From Candidatus Neochristensenella gallicola (GTDB lineage Bacteria; Bacillota; Clostridia; Christensenellales; QALW01): a stretch of DNA of 58,927 nucleotides. The DNA is taken from contig CAJFSR010000002.1 of assembly GCA_904419735.1 (NCBI GenBank), positions 1 through 58,927 on the forward strand. The letters are read 5' to 3'. This document shows, one piece after another, positions 57,851 to 58,927 of this stretch; positions within the stretch are counted from its first letter, which is position 1; every line of letters starts with the position of its first letter. The notes beneath the pieces are model-generated. The model was not told the origin of the DNA. It ran no database searches and saw nothing but the letters and a program-made list of their open reading frames with translations. Position numbers and translations under genes: made by a program.

Positions 57851-58105
57851 ATGGCTAACATCAAATCGGCGAAGAAACGGATCTTGGTGAACAATAAGAA
57901 AAATCTGCGCAATCGTTCCATCAAGTCCGCGCTTAAAACGGCTATCAAAAAGTATGACGCCGCCGTTGCGTCAGGAGATAAAGAGCTTGCCGCTTCTATG
58001 CTGCCCCAGGTATCAAGCACAATAGATAAGGCCGCGGCTAAAGGCGTGATCCATAAAAATGCCGCTAACCGCAAAAAATCGCAGCTTGCTTCCAAGCTGG
58101 CCTGA
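57851..58105 (+). CDS. rpsT: 30S ribosomal protein S20
   Basis: [10 protein letters not shown]...[11 protein letters not shown]; divergent from gpr. Confidence 0.97.
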   Translation: MANIKSAKKRILVNNKKNLRNRSIKSALKTAIKKYDAAVASGDKELAASMLPQVSSTIDKAAAKGVIHKNAANRKKSQLASKLA

Positions 58106-58127
58106 TTTCTTAACGGATATATGCTCT

Positions 58128-58155
58128 TTAAAGCGCCTGTGAAAAGGCGCTTTAA
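58128..58155 (+). terminator. Terminator after rpsT
   Basis: ttaaagcgcc-tgtgaaaa-ggcgctttaa. Confidence 0.7.
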
Positions 58156-58274
58156 TTATATAACGGAAAACTGCTTTATTCGGGCCGCAGGGCTTAAGCC
58201 GACGCTTTGGCCATAAGTAAAACTATCAGGCCGGAATATACCTCCCCATTAATAATATGGCGGGATATAAAATT

Positions 58275-58604
58275 ATGGCGACATTTGAGGATTTTTTAAA
58301 ATTAGATATCCGGGCCGGAACTATTGTGAGCGCTAAAAAATTTGAAAAGGCGAAAAGGCCGGCATATCAGCTGGAGGTAGATTTAGGCGGAGAAATAGGC
58401 ATAAAGAAATCCTCCGCTCAAATAACTCAGCTTTACACAGTTCAGGATTTAATAGGCAAGCAGGTTCTGGCGGTAATTAACTTTCCGCCCAAGCAGATTG
58501 CGGATTTTATGTCAGAGGTACTGATACTGGGGATATACAGCCGGGACGGAGTTGTGCTCATATCGCCGGATAAAAAAGTGCGCAACGGGGATAAATTGGG
58601 CTGA
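58275..58604 (+). CDS. csaA: tRNA-binding protein / chaperone CsaA
   Basis: FEDFLKLDIRAG, KKSSAQIT, VINFPPKQIA..MSEVLILG. Confidence 0.9.
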   Translation: MATFEDFLKLDIRAGTIVSAKKFEKAKRPAYQLEVDLGGEIGIKKSSAQITQLYTVQDLIGKQVLAVINFPPKQIADFMSEVLILGIYSRDGVVLISPDKKVRNGDKLG

Positions 58605-58644
58605 TATAATTATCTTGCCAGCCTATACACCTTTAGTTTACAAT

Positions 58645-58927
58645 TAAGACGGTCAGAAGACCTAAAATATGCGTCCTGCTGCGCCGCTTTGGCTCCATAT
58701 ACGCCAGGTACATGCCGTTTCTGCGCGCTTTACCCGGCACAAATTTTATCTCTTCTGACTCCGAGAGCTCAAACCGAGAGAATTTCTTCATTTTCAAGGC
58801 AGACGAAAGAAAGCGTACCGGGGAGTACGCCCATTTAGGATAACGCTGAAAATGAAGAAATTATCCAGTTTTGAGGCGTGTAGTTTCTTGTAACGGAGGG
58901 TACCCTCAGCTTACAAGAAACTATACG
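58645..58927. repeat. Intergenic element of three consecutive long inverted repeats
   Basis: gtcagaaga/tcttctgac; aatttcttcattttca/tgaaaatgaagaaatt around gcgtac-cgggga-gtacgc; cgtgtagtttcttgtaa/ttacaagaaactatacg. Confidence 0.65.

Overview
Mostly core chromosome of an endospore-forming clostridial Firmicute, with nearly all genes on the minus strand. Core genes: sporulation (spoIIGA-sigE, sigG, coat genes, spoIIM, dacF, spoIVB, a Spo0A-type regulator, spoIIP, gpr), proteostasis (tig-clpP-clpX, lon, yihA, rqcH), nadK-argR-recN, yggS-sepF-divIVA-like, ppdK, era-yqzL-recO, murI, rpsT, csaA. Non-coding RNAs: tRNA-Ala(GGC) and a ~580-nt OLE RNA directly upstream of oapA-dxs. Accessory parts: (1) a decayed island next to the tRNA, with a frameshifted hsdR C-terminus, an orphan Phd/YefM antitoxin and a permease-less glycan cluster (GH42, two paralogous CBM-like surface proteins, a solute-binding protein, a ~906-aa uncharacterised lipoprotein); (2) a two-gene insertion between clpX and lon whose secreted product resembles a beta-pore-forming toxin. 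The most striking unexplained signal is a family of about ten intergenic elements, mostly 160-280 bp. They have different terminal inverted repeats but share a back-to-back hairpin module (CAAGG...stem-loop...CAACGC) with compensatory base changes. The gene at the spo0A position is strongly divergent and lies behind a 74-bp tandem repeat array. All calls come from reading motifs by eye; no searches were run.
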